A stretch of DNA of 64,000 nucleotides from the NCBI GenBank assembly GCA_051294905.1, contig CM119371.1, forward strand, positions 41,418,001 to 41,482,000. Reading direction: 5' to 3'. A program made the position numbers and the translations under genes. Below the pieces are notes generated by a model. It saw only the letters and a list, made by a program, of their open reading frames with translations. It searched no databases and had not been told where the DNA came from. Of the stretch, positions 1-13,400 are shown in pieces (the stretch's first letter is position 1; each line of letters begins with the position of its first letter). The stretch comes from Botryllus schlosseri. Its lineage: Eukaryota.

Positions 1-400
1 AATTCATGGAGTACTTTACTTTGATGAATTATTCTCAGATAAATCGTCCCGTTGTGTTGCAGCGAGCAGTTGAATTGTCGTCAAAATATCGTTGGTCTTC
101 ACTGTATCGTAAAACACTGTCTGCAGAAACCAAATGTTTTTCAAAGCGGGTGGAAATAGGAACAATTCATCGTATAGATTGGTAAAGACTTGATAAACAC
201 GTCTCTGATTGTCCGTTCGGTACGCTCTGCGTTGAGATGTGCTAATTTCCTCTTGATGCAGCAGTTGATGACGTGTTCACGGTAACCGTTATTAGGTAAG
301 ATATTACAGATGTTGTCAAGCTCAAAATTCAGCTCGTAACCCTAACAGATCGGCAATTCTATGCTATAAAAGAATATATTAGCAGCTACGAGTTTATTGA
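1..400 (-). mobile_element. Degenerate Penelope-like retroelement fragment (RT thumb/linker before GIY-YIG)
   Basis: The minus strand reads IC*GYELNFELDNICNILPNNGYREHVINCCIKRKL...ISTRFEKHL...CFYDTVKTNDILTTIQLLAATQRDDL, resembling the PLE 'NNGYP' thumb and linker. Contains stops and frameshifts. Confidence 0.65.
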
Positions 401-2301
401 AAGTCGATTCGCGGCAGAAGATAAGGTACCGATGTGGATGTACAAGCATTACGTCGTGGCGGTACTAACATTGCCTTTGCTGGGCGCGATCGGTAAGTGG
501 ATTTGTGCGGAATATTCAGCCATCTGTATAGTGGACTGTACGCTACGCTGTAAATACATTGGCGAGGGCCGGAAATAGGTATATTCACCAGATTTTCAGA
601 TATACAGGTAGCCGAGAAAGAGACGACTTCTTAAATAGATTAGGACGCCACTATAGCTTCCGAAGACGAGATATATGGTATATCGCACATTCCGAATTAG
701 GCATAATATATATGTGGCAGACATCCGTACCAAGTACTGGCAAATTTATGTAAATTATGAAAATATATCGGTCTTGAGTTATAATCATGGTTTGATGCCC
801 TTGTTTAAATCATGTTTTTTATTGTGTTTTTTTAACCTATGACGTCACGAATCCCTAATTATGACTTCGCAGCGGATTGGCATTTACCGCATTTCCATAC
901 CTTACAGTACATGGATGTTATGATCCTTTACGCCATCAGGTAGCAGAAACTGCTTCATTATATCCATTTCTTTTCGTGTACCCTACTCTCTGCCTGAAGC
1001 CAGACGAACCACCAATTCAAATTCTAAATTGAAATCGAGCGCGCTCTACCGTAACGAAGGTGGTGACCCCTCTGCGTCACAGGCAAATATGTATGTATAT
1101 TTTATTGAAATATTACCCTCAAACTTGATGGTTTGGTCAGTTGAATAATATTATTTTACATATACAATAATTTATGTGATCCTCAAATGTACCGATAGTT
1201 TATGAATGCGAAATTCATGATAATTCACTAAGTATAAATTTTCTTGAAAGTAAGCCGCAGTGACGAAGTGTTACATATAAACGGAGAAATACGCAGAAGC
1301 GTTGCGGCGATAATGGCCCAATGCGTTTATATGCCCAAAAAGTGTGTCTGTACGCAGAATAAAGTGTTATGAAGTGTTCAATACGACCTTGCGGATTTAG
1401 AGTGTATATGGCATTTTTACGATCAGCTATATTTTTATTAGGTTTACTAATTGCGCGAAGTGTTAACACCGTATCCGACACAACTTCTCTGTAATGCTGT
1501 TCGACTAAACTTAAACTTCGGGCCTTAAAATATGGTGGAGGGAGCCATACCATGACATTTTCTAAATTGGGGTGTTGGAGTAAATAGAGGATTAGTATCG
1601 CATTCCCATATCAATGCTATCATTTTCATCAGATGAGGCGTACGAATGCTTATTGCTTATTATGCTGTCGAAAATTTATAGCTCTTGGGATGCATCAATA
1701 TGAATCAAGCTCTGCACCTTTCGCGTAGCTAAATTTGCAGCTTTGGACAGTCCATGCGAACAAATTACGATCGTTTTTACAACTACTTACTTACTTGAGT
1801 ATATTTAAAGTCAGTCAATTTTACGGGACTACTTCTACTGCTACCTGAGTAGATTTTTGCGTCGCTACTTCTATTTCTACTTGAGTAGCTGTCTTGACTA
1901 CTTTGACCACCTCTGACAACTTCTTAATGGGGTAATATCTGTAGCAAGTAAAGAAACCCGTTTTACACCCTGTTCAATATCAACGCCGCAATACTCAGGC
2001 GCCGAATACATTATCCGGTCTGGCCTGGACCGTTAAGGCGTAAACTGATGTTCCCTTGCAGGTCCTCGTCGAAATTGTTGGCAAAATATATTGATTTTGT
2101 GGGATTATTATATCATTTTATTGCCCCAGTTGATACATTTGGCGACGCTTAAAACGTCTATATGTAGTTCAGCATTGTGGTATTATGTGGCCACAGTTGT
2201 TGCTAGGTATCGTGTACGTACATTAATATAGGCTATTGCTTCACTAACATATATGATTGGAGTTAACAATATGACGTCACGAGACATCATGAGCTTCACA
2301 C

Positions 2302-3632
2302 CAGGGATGGTGTGAACGCGAGGTTCATGTTCGCGTTCTGTGTGTGAACCTTACAAAATTAGAGGTTCACGTTCACAAACGAACTTTGGTATGTTCTGCA
2401 ATGTGAATCTTTTTTCATATATTACAATTTTGACTTCAAATTTATTGAATTTATACTGCGCCCTCTCTATGCATGGCGCTGGCAGCATGAAAAATTCAGC
2501 ACTAACTGAGCATGTACCTTGAAAATTTCAAATATTTTACTTGCTTTGTTACAAAAGTTTGCTCGAAATATCCAGCTCAACGTTTGTGAATATTTAGTGA
2601 CTCTCTGCTGCAAGCTTGACCCGCAATCACACAGCATCAAGAGCGAAATACACTTCATGTAGGTAGTCAGCGAATAATGCTTATCTAACCAATCAATGAA
2701 ATTTATAGCGTTGTCTGATATAAAAATAAAAATCAAGCAGGCGTACGGGGTCGGTCTTGATTTCATGTTTATTGTATCATAGAAACAAAATCCGTGCGAT
2801 TAGGGTGTTGACTACCGCTGTATAACTTGTTAATGGAGCAATATCAGTAGCAAATATAGAAACCCGTTTTACATTCTGTTCAATATCAACGTACCAATAC
2901 TCAGACGCCGAATACATTTTCCAGGCTGGCTGTAAGCACACATTTCCTTGCAAGTTCTCGTCGAAATTGTTGGCAGAGCGACGGAAGATATTGATGTTAT
3001 GTACGGTTAACATACGTCTTCTTTAAAGGGGATTTGTCCTCATTTTTGACTTTTTTGAAAGTGTCCTCGGAGGACGTCCTTTTGTCCTCTTTTTTGAGAT
3101 TTTGACCTCTTTTTTGAGAATTTTGGTCATATTTATAGCAGAATTCGACTGAGATGCCGTAAATCAGCATCGAAGTGATGCCCCGGCGGGTATTTCGGGA
3201 GCTGAGTGGAAAGTTGACTTTTTTTTTATTAGTCAACCGACCACAAAGTGAGAAAAATTTACCATTTTCTGAGAATTCTCCATCGGTTTTGCAAGTCTGA
3301 AAATTCTGAAAATGTGTCCTCTTTTCAGCTTCCCAAAATATGGTAACCCTATGTTATGGGATTATTATATCATTTGATTGATCCAGTTGATATATTTGGT
3401 GACATTTAAAACGTCGATATATGCACTTCAACATGCGGTATTATGTGGCCCGAGTCGTCGCTAGGTATCGTGTACATTAATATAGGCTATCACTTGACTA
3501 AAATTTCGGGTTGGAATTAGCAGCATGACGTCACGTGCCGTCATGAGGTTCACGTTCGCGATCACACAAAACCTTTCAAAAAGGTTCGTGTTCACACGAA
3601 CCCGAACCTTTCAGAGGTTCACACCATCCCTG
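2302..3632. mobile_element. hAT-like MITE (TIR CAGGGATGGTGTGAAC) with a nested TAGGGTTACCATA MITE at 3002-3351
   Basis: Inverted termini at 2302 and 3632. The nested element is flanked by TGTTATG. 1930-2300 is a diverged partial copy of the same family. Confidence 0.7.
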
Positions 3633-3927
3633 CTAGATGATGAACGCTGTGAGTCCAAACTCCAAAAAATGTCAGGAACCATTTCCAATTGTTATGATAG
3701 ATAGTGTATAATGCCGGTAATTTCGTCACACATAGCGAATGTAGCCTACTATACAGCTTTGTTATACCAGCAGCATTTCGTCATATTACCTCGATATCTA
3801 ACGTCGTTACGTATTATACACATAATATGTTCTTGTCATGTGTGAAATTATATTATTCTGTGTGCTTGCGCAAAATCACCGTAGTTGAATGCTTGTAAGT
3901 AACTACGGCGTATGAGTACGTCACAAC

Positions 3928-4110
3928 CAGGGCTTTTAAAGCCGGAGCCGGAGCAAGGAGCCGGAGCCCCGGAGCCCCGGAGCCGTGCATTTTCACTGGA
4001 GCTGGAGCCGGAGCCGGAGCTTTACATAAAATTCAGCCGGAGCTGGAGCCCGGTATTTCAGGAGTAGCTCCGGCTTCGACGTATTTCATAAGATGCTATT
4101 ATATATGCAA
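3928..4110 (+). repeat. MITE end with (GGAGCC)n subterminal array; inverted relative at ~24200-24401
   Basis: CAGGGCTTTTAAAGCCGGAGCCGGAGC...; its reverse complement ends at 24401. Confidence 0.7.
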
Positions 4111-6034
4111 CAATCATATTTGCTGATTTCACATAATTTAATAGCAGGCCTGAATTTTAATGCTGTAAACAACAATGGCAGGAAGTAAAGTGCGTTCTAG
4201 TGCAACTATGATGTTATCGACAATTGACAAGTACTCATTATGACGTTACAAGCCGGCACGGCGGCACCTATGTCTTCGTTGCTGCATCCGAATCCGATGT
4301 TACTGACGGCTGACAGACTCTAGATGAGGCCTACTATTGATAACTAACTTAGATTAGTTATCTATCTATACCAGGGATGGCCAACCTTTTCGGCTACAGG
4401 GGCACATGCAATGGACCAACGAGTGCGCGGTCCACTAGCAGTGCCAAGCACGTAAAATTTTCAAAGTTTATAAATGAACTAGGTCAATAATATCATTACT
4501 TGAGTATATAGTGGGTCCACTGTATACCGCCAGATGGGGTCAGTTTGCAAGGACACTACTATTCGGCATCTGGACATATCGATATCGAAGGTATTTAGAT
4601 AAAAAATAGATAATCGGTATTTCGCTCTGATAGTTTAATTACACAAGTGGAATTATTTAGTTGTTCAAGCTGGTAATCTACCTCGTTTAATTACACTGGT
4701 CAACACATATTTTTAGGCAGACAAAGTAAGAGTGGTTTTATAGGTTCTGAAGGGCACTGATTTCGAATGACCTTAGTTTTTTCAAATTGGCTCTAATTTT
4801 GGAGATAATCCATGGTGCTATCTTGTACATAAATAAACTTCAATCATGTAATACGTATTTACCTAGATAGGCCTTCTCAAATAACGTTGCAATAATTGAA
4901 TCAGTTTTATGTCAACCACCTATTTTAAATTCAAAATAATCAGTTGGAATATAATATTAAAAACTTATCTTGAAGCAAAATTGGATCTTGTACTATTTTC
5001 GGTTGCAAGCAATTTAGTGCAGTTTTTCGAAAGGCTCCAGCAATAGTCTGCTGTAAGATGTTCGTCGCATCTGCACTGGTATCTTTCTTTTGTTGTTTTG
5101 ATGTATCGGTGGAACCTTTCCCCTTTCTATTCCATCTAATCAACAATATTATCGGAAAATATATCAAGATGACCGAAGAGGAAGTGAGATTTAATGCTCA
5201 TGTTGGCTCCAAGGCTTTCATATGCAGATACCAATTCTCGGACTAACTGTTGGCCGTTAGGTGCTTTGTGATCTTTCACAAAGTTTTATTTAGCCTACCA
5301 CCTAGAAGGGATTCCATGCAGTGAGCACCTTTCTTAATATGAAATTGTAATCCTCAGTCCGTATTTGAATCCGAGATCCATCAAAGATGCCAGATTTAAG
5401 CTTCTCGTTTGCCATTGATACTAGGTTTACCCACTTTATTGGCTTTATGGAAAATTATCCATTTACAAGTGAAAAGAGATGAGATGCATATGAGTATTGT
5501 AGTTAAGCTTTCCAGGGACACGCTTGATAGCTTTATACTCCTCTTTCATCTTGGTAGAACGATTAATTGGTACAGGAGAAAACATATTTCCATTGTGCAA
5601 AAGTACAATTTTTAGGTTTGACAAACTGCTTTTTTAACAATCAAAGTTCTCGCATCAGGTCATGTTAATATTGACGGAATAACTGAGAACGACGTGAGAG
5701 TTCATCATTGTCAATTAATTACTTATGCGCAGTATAAAAGTAGAAAAATCTAAGATTTACTTCCTACCAAGAGAAATATCCAAGGGTAAAACCATAGTGT
5801 CCTATATGGTGTCGACACAAGCAAATCTCACGGTTCAATGAAATTGTATCACGTCACAATTTCCATTTGGCTACAGGCAATTTGACGGTTATTTTTGACC
5901 GGCTTGCCGAGCAATAAATTTGATGAATCGGGTATCAATCGAAAGCTAACTCTGCACTGATTACGAAAATATAAATTTTATTCCACTCATGGCCCTGGAA
6001 CCCCCACAATCAGCCCCAAATCACTCATTGTTGA

Positions 6035-6590
6035 GTAGATTGGCAGTGTGACGCAACAATGCTGTCTGGCGAAACGAGAGACTAGCTCAAGAGCAAGGAT
6101 GCGGCCGAGCGGCGAGAGTGGGATCAGCTGACGTCGCGGCAATAGCAATGAGCAATCGCGTCGCAGAGAAACGCTCCGCTGTTGATACTTTTTCTATTTG
6201 CTTCGGTACAAACGAGCACGCCTTATCATGCAGCCTTTCCTTGACTTTTAGAACTGGGTCCACAGAATGTATTAGGGCTCCAGAGACGCGTGACGCTGTT
6301 GATACTTTCTATAGGCGCTTCGCTAAAAGCGAGCTCACATTACCAGCCTTTCCTTGATTTGTAAAGGTAGAACTGGGTCCGGGTATTTGGGACCTACGAA
6401 TTTTCCTGCAATATCCTTCAACTTATAGAGATCCTTCCGTCCAAGTATAGCTAGGTTAGTTATCTATAATTGCTCATTGCTATTGCCGCGACGTCAGCTG
6501 ATCCCACTCTCGCCGCTCGGCCGCATCCATGCTCTTGAGTTTCTCTCTCGTTTCGCCAGACAGCATTGTTGCGTCACACTGCCAATCTAC
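6035..6590. mobile_element. Fold-back non-autonomous DNA transposon with ~120-bp TIRs
   Basis: 6035-6157 is a near-perfect reverse complement of 6469-6590. A diverged internal ~90-bp direct repeat occupies 6171-6261 and 6290-6380. Confidence 0.85.
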
Positions 6591-7289
6591 AGTGACATTT
6601 TCTTTTCAAGAGCCAATCTGGCAAAACCAATGTGATATTTGTAATGAGCAACCTTGAAAACCCCAGAGACGGCTCCTAGATGTTCTGCCAAAATATTTTT
6701 TCATTTTGTTGCCATTGTTATCAATGCCCTCAACGAATTAATAGAGTCACAATATTTCTCTGGTGATTTTTTCGGCCCCGCACACTTCGAAAAAGGTCGA
6801 TCACAACTCATATTCCACACACGCACCGATAACGAATTCTGAACTGTTTAAAGAAGTCCTACATCCCATATCCGCAGACATGGTTTACGATTAAGATGAT
6901 ACAGCGATATACCCGAATGAGTTCGACCATAGCCGCAACTAGTGGGCCTATTATGCTCAAGCCAACTGTCAGAACCTGTCACGAGGACCAAGATCACGAC
7001 CTATAGTCGAAGTCTAGCCTATGTATAAAATTGGCAGTTTCTCGCCATTGAGATGTAAAATTTGTGTTCTGTTGCACCCGTCCCACATGACTGCAGTTTT
7101 ATAGGCTTTTACTAACGGAAATCCCAGCATTCATTTGCAATAGCAATTAAAGAATTCATTCAGCAACAGTAGCATTTAAATAGAAGAGTAATTGGAAACT
7201 ACTGACTAGGAAAACAATGATAAACTGATACATTATGACTTGATTAAGTAATAGTCCTGGCCTATCATCTTGCATCTCATTTCTTCAAG

Positions 7290-7451
7290 GCAGTCCAGTC
7301 TCGGTCAACACAACCAGAAACGTGATCGAGACCTGTGTTCCACCTTGTCTACAGGCCTTTTCTGCCAGCTTGAAATCTGCCAAGGGATATTATTGCGGAT
7401 GCCAAGCAGGATACCTCGAAATTGCGACATCGATTGGATTTCAATGTGGAA
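7290..7451 (+). CDS. aGPCR exon: EGF-like module
   Basis: SPVSVNTTRNVIETCVPPCLQAFSASLKSAKGYYCGCQAGYLEIATSIGFQCG; donor GTAAGT at 7452, phase 1. Confidence 0.75.
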
Positions 7452-10400
7452 GTAAGTAACTAATTGTTGGAGGGGTCGGGTTTATAAAATAGTTATCTGG
7501 TTAGGCCATACAGGCAACATTTTTATCTTCGGCTAGGCTATACTCATCATTTTTACAAAGACAAAAATCCAACGATTTCGTCTCATTGCTACTGATGCAA
7601 CTTATGTATATATGACTTGGACAAAGGATCTTTTCAGATGAAAATTAGAATTACAGCTATACAGTTTTTTTTTCAAATTAGATTTAAATAAGAATTAGCT
7701 AGACACATTATACCAATTTAGACTAGAATTACAATTCCTGAATTCGCGTTACCTTGGCGATTGAATCAAGTTCAGTTCACATCAAATTAGAGTTCATTCC
7801 CCTAATCGTTAGAATCGCAAATGCCTGTGCACTGCTGTGCAGCACTAAACAGTTCTCCTGTAGCATTTTTAGGGAAACTAGAAATTAGATTATAAATCGT
7901 AGCAAACAAACAATTAAATTAGAATTAGATTGCCGGTATTTCTCTCTAATTAGTGTAATTTCAACAACTAGAATTACCTAATTTTCCAATCTGATGTATG
8001 ATGTTTCTGTACGTGAGCTATACATTTATCATATCACAGTCTTTAGATATAATCCGTAACAATGTGCTATCTTATCCATACTGCTAGATATGAAGAGTAA
8101 GTTCCATTCATGAAGCTACCATTTACAATACCATACTTTTAGAGCCTTTGCTGTTAAAGCAAAAGTTCGGATTACCCTACAAAGAAGAATACGCAAACAC
8201 CAGCTCTCCAGAGTTCCAAAGAATCTCCGAAAACATAACTAAGATAATTAGAGGCGCTCTCGGAGAAATATCTTCCACGGTCAATGTCAAAAAGATCACC
8301 CAGGGCTCGGTTGTGGTCTGGTATGAAACTGCGACTGCGGACGGCAGAGAACTTTCTAAGAAAGATATTCAAAGCTTTCACGCAGCGGCTCTCACAGACA
8401 ACAATTATGGGTTTGGAAATATATCCATCGAAGCACCAGAGATTGGTAAGGACGTCTGCGGAACTGAAATACAGTCATCCAATTGGGACTGGGGTAACTC
8501 TATGCCTGTAAGGCAGGGGCCTGCAACTTCTCCAGTCGGCCGGCCAGATATAGGAATATTAAGTAGGCTACTTGGCGGGCCAGATTGCTGAATCGATACA
8601 TTATAGCCTATGCCCAATCATCCACATAAATTAGAAATAGATTTATTTAATAAATGTATTTTAACAGCAGCGATGTCACTCCAAATGCATTTCTCGCCGA
8701 TAATGACGAAGCCCATATAGCTTAGGGTTACCATATTTTTGTTTCACAAATTCCGGACGCTCTTCAGCGCCCACTAGCGGATTTCAAAATGAGGTGTGAG
8801 CGCATTGTCGATCAATATGACGTCACACCTACAACGCTGTGTCTATCGACTAGAAGTGGCCGCGATCCGGTTCAGCAGGAGTATGTGGTTGTGTATTGTA
8901 TGTTGTAACCTGGGCCGTAGCCACATATTGCAGCCCCATCCCACCCATGACCCAAATGGTCCATCGTAGGGTTTTCGATGCAAATTCTGGGGGTTTACTA
9001 TATGCATCTGGTCGTTAAATGATTTGAATGAATTGTGTCAATAATATTGGCTCTTCCATATATTACTGTATAATTTTAATGCTCTCTCCGTCCACATAAT
9101 CAGAGTCAACGGTAGGGAGCTGATGTAGAATGATGACTTCGAAAATGAAGGGGCGCAATTGTGCATCGTTAAGGGGGGAGACTACCCCTCGAATTGAAAA
9201 ATTAGTAAAATGCCTCTTACTTGAAAACTAATAGAGCTATCTATCTAAAATTTGGGCACAAGGTGTTTTAGTTGACATCCTAAATTTGACAAAAATTTCG
9301 CGGGTGTGCACTTCACCACTGATCTATATAAACACCGCACATCCGGTGTTTTTCAACCTTTTATGGTCCGGATCCGGCCCGCGGGCCGTATGTTGCCCGC
9401 CCCTGCTGTAAGGCAAGAGATTTCTATCTTATTCTGCAATCATTATCGAAACTATATGCTGTTGCCACAATTCCGAATAGTCAATACGCCTCTGATCCTA
9501 AATCTAAATGACGCATTCCGTCAATCAAGTAATCATGGACGATGTCTCTATGCCCTCCTGTTATGCATTATCCAAACTTGCCACAATCCCGAATGGTCAA
9601 TTCGCCTCTGATCGTAAATCCAAATGGCGCCATGCGTCATCCGTCCGTAATCATAGACGATTTAGTTAACAACTAGCGGCTGAATGAGTCTGAGTTTAAA
9701 GCAAGCGCCTATAAAGAATGATAGCATATTGATACAACCATCGCAGCGAATGACATCATAATTATGGTTTTTCTATTTTTGTACAATGTACATAATATAC
9801 ATTTATCTACGGCCTTATTTGCATATATTTAAATGTTCAGTCGCAGCTCCTGACACCTGTTTGCCTGACAAGATAAAGCCCCATGCGACTGTTGTATCAA
9901 GTTGGAATTTCGGCGAAAGCAAACCGGGGGATTGGGTTCGTTCAAACGAAAACTGTGAGGACGATGGTAATTATATAGTATCGTCAGACGCACTCTTCCA
10001 GCTTGTAGAATTCCCCCAAGTCAGCAACATGTAATATATCCCATGATTTCTACCCGTTATAGTCTTAGACACAGCTTGATTTAATAGTCGGCCATTACCA
10101 TCACGGACACTGAGTAAAAAGACAAAGTATATCGATCGCTTGCAGCACGATGTTCATGAGATACTTGTACAAAGTACCAACCTAGTTAGTTAGCGATTAT
10201 TCAACTACTTTTTTGGAGCTCATGAACAATACACCAACATTACCCGTCCATGGTGATCACTTTTATGACTAAGTACTTGTACACGTCAAACTTTTTCTTT
10301 TTTTATGCTCTCTCGAATTTATATTTCATGACTCGCAGATTTCTAGTTACGAGGTTTCAGTTTTTTCCGTTTACGCCCATTACGTAAAATACTTTACTTG

Positions 10401-13400
10401 AAACCTATTACAAACAATGCGCCGCCGGGATTATTTTTGTTTGCCTGATACCTATCTCAAATTTACTTAACGTGATACCAAAATTATAACATCACATTTC
10501 ACTACTTCCCTATACAAACTATTTATATCCTGTATTTACACTCAAATTTTAAGAACTATCTCTTACCTTCAAATTATGTCAGTCTCCGTTGTGTTCCGTA
10601 TTACACTTATCGCCATCAATTGACTTGTTCCGTTTTGTCTCCTCGTTTTCCTTAGACGACTTAAGGTTCTACGTCGACGACACCTTATACAACCTACCCA
10701 TAACACAATCACCCGAGCCATCAACCCTGTTACCACCATTATTACAACCACTGGTTCCACGATAGGTATCAGATTCGCACCTTCCATAATCATCCTATCG
10801 GTCAAAGATAAGCCTCTTACCTTATATCCACCTTCCATCATGACTAGTTCGTGCAGCCATCGAGTATAGTTGTAGTCGTCGAAATCTGTGGTTGTCTTCC
10901 CCACGGTGGCTCTTGATAGTCGGGAATATTCAGGTGCGGGTGTTCCCAACCTTTGGTTTTTCTGCCCAGGCAGCGGTGATGCGTCAACCATCGTTGACTC
11001 CAAGGTAGTATTCATTAGTTCGACACTCCTCGGGGACGAGTCGTCTTTGTCGTCTCCTGTTGAATACAAAACAGTTGTTTCGGTACTTACCTTACGGTTG
11101 TGGTCCGGGTTTTGGTAGTCCGTTCCGATGTCGGTCCTGCCGTCTTCCGTGGAGTTCTGCAGAGTTCTGCAGTTCTCAGTGGTGACCGGATACACTCGCG
11201 TCGTTGTAGGTGTTTCACCAATGATTTTCGTCATTCCGTCGGTTTGGTTTCGCGCGCGAAGAGTTTGCAACTGTTGCTTCCCATAAGTCGCATCAATTGG
11301 TTTGACAGTTTTATACTCCCCCTTTTTGTTAGCCATCGATTTCGATCGTCTTACTTGCACCAGCCTCGCTTTCATCCGCCATTGTATTGTTAGGGGTGGC
11401 AGATGTTTCAGCGCTGTAGTGCTTGGATCATAGTCTTTCGCCGCTGGAGTTACCCACGTCGGACTGTAGTAAGCGATCATGTACACTTCTTGGGATGGGG
11501 GTTTACCTCTGACGTCCGTCTTGCTACTATCGAGTGCGACTCGCCTTGTCTTGTAGTAATTCATTCATTTTCTCATGAACAACAAAAATAGCCAATTTTC
11601 ATTCGGCAAAACCTTGTTCAATAATACCAAAATAAGGTATTATATCTATTGCTTCCTTTAGTGCCTTCGCCTGACCCTCCCGCGTCGGGTTATAAGGGCC
11701 AAAAACGAAAGGCTTAGTCGATGGGTCCTTACGTTCTATGTCGCATTGGTATTTCATGGATTGGGGGGCGCTGAGTTGGCCCCGCAGGCTATCAAGTTCG
11801 GAAGCAAATGGATCATAAACGGCTGTCAAGACTCCTTCAGGAATGGCGATTTTTTCTAGGCCAGTCAAAAGTCAGGAGGTTTGTATGACAGTTTCGCCAG
11901 TGCTACCGATTGTGCACAGAGACTTTCGAGTTCCGTCTTCACGCTGGGACTGGTGTCTTGTTGTAAGGTTAGGCTACATAGTAATTGGGGCAGTTATTGG
12001 CCCAATGCGAATCTCGTGATGAACGGGGTTTTGGTGTTGGTGGAGAGAGGGCGAGGTTCTTCGTTGTCAGTGGGGATTCCCAACCTATTCAATCTGACCT
12101 CTGATCTCGGCGTGTGCCCACGCCTACCGTCACGCCGGCAGATTCGGTCGCCGCCGGGGCCCGTTTCTGGGGAGACGTGCATCTTAAAATCCCCAGACTC
12201 CTTGCCGGTCATGACCGGACATGTGTCCGGTTAGCCGGTAACAGCTGCTTTGTTTGAACCTTTTGGGGTAGTACTCATGACTGTGGCTGTCGTCATGCAT
12301 CTATGTGCCGAATCATTAGAGTTATTCGGACAAGTACATCCACGAGAGCATTTAGGACCAGTTTTCTCGTGCAGGTCCTTATTTACGCCAGCCGGGATTC
12401 CGCGCTCGACGTCTTCATTAATGGTGCCAGCAGGGATTCCTGACTCGACACATCTTTAGTTAGTGCCAGCAGTGCTAACTGACCCGACACTTTCTCGACT
12501 AGTGCCAGCAGGGGCTACCTGACCCAACACTAGGGATTTCCCATATTTTTTGACCTTTTGGGAAAGAAGGTAAGACAGTTGCCGTCGTAAGATCGGCGTA
12601 TTTATGATTGGTGCCAGCAGGGATTCCTGACTCGACACATTTCGCGCCAGTGGTGATTACCATCTCGACACTTGCGCCAGCGGCAACGGCATGCGGCGAC
12701 ACAGACAACGTGCCGGCTCGAAGCTTATTTGATTTGCAGCTTCCATCAACCCATCATCGGTTACAGTGTCGCGAAGACTGCTTCCGACTTTTGGTTCCGT
12801 CCCGTTGATCACACGAGATCCCGTCATGAAGCGTTACTAAAGACAACTCTTCGTTCGCATTAGGCGGAGATTCAAATTCAGTCGCTATGTTTGGTAATTG
12901 TTGTACATGATCAATCCATTTTAGACCTACAATATCGAGAGGTCTCCTTTCTCGATCGCAAATGGAGCCGATAGTCCGTTGAAATCGATTATTACTAAGG
13001 AGTCAACGTGGGAGGAGTCACCTATATCACGTAGTTTCATCTCTATAGGTTGCCGCTCCTCCCAGCTTGGCGGGTATTAGGTTTCTACGACGTTTATCAA
13101 TTTGAGGACGCTTCCCGTGTCGGCGCAGAAAACCCCAGTTGTGATCCTTCGACGATCTTTTCTTTTCATAGATTGGCGTTCGCAGATAGTAAGGAGGTAA
13201 TCGATGTGTTCGTCTTCAGACTCTCCCCCGTCCACTGAAATTGCCAAGAAATGACGCTGAGCCCCAGAAGACCTTCAGTTGGTGCCTCCATTTGATTATA
13301 GTGTAGCTTCATGGCGCTTGCCATGCAAGTATTCCACACTTGGTTCGATTTACTTCACAGAGCTCAACCCCATCTCCTGGCTTTTCCACATTTTTCCACA

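Noticed and set aside
8446..8591. Extension of the SEA ORF as a stand-alone 147-aa gene
   Set aside because: A donor at 8446 splices in phase to 9841, so the remainder is intronic.
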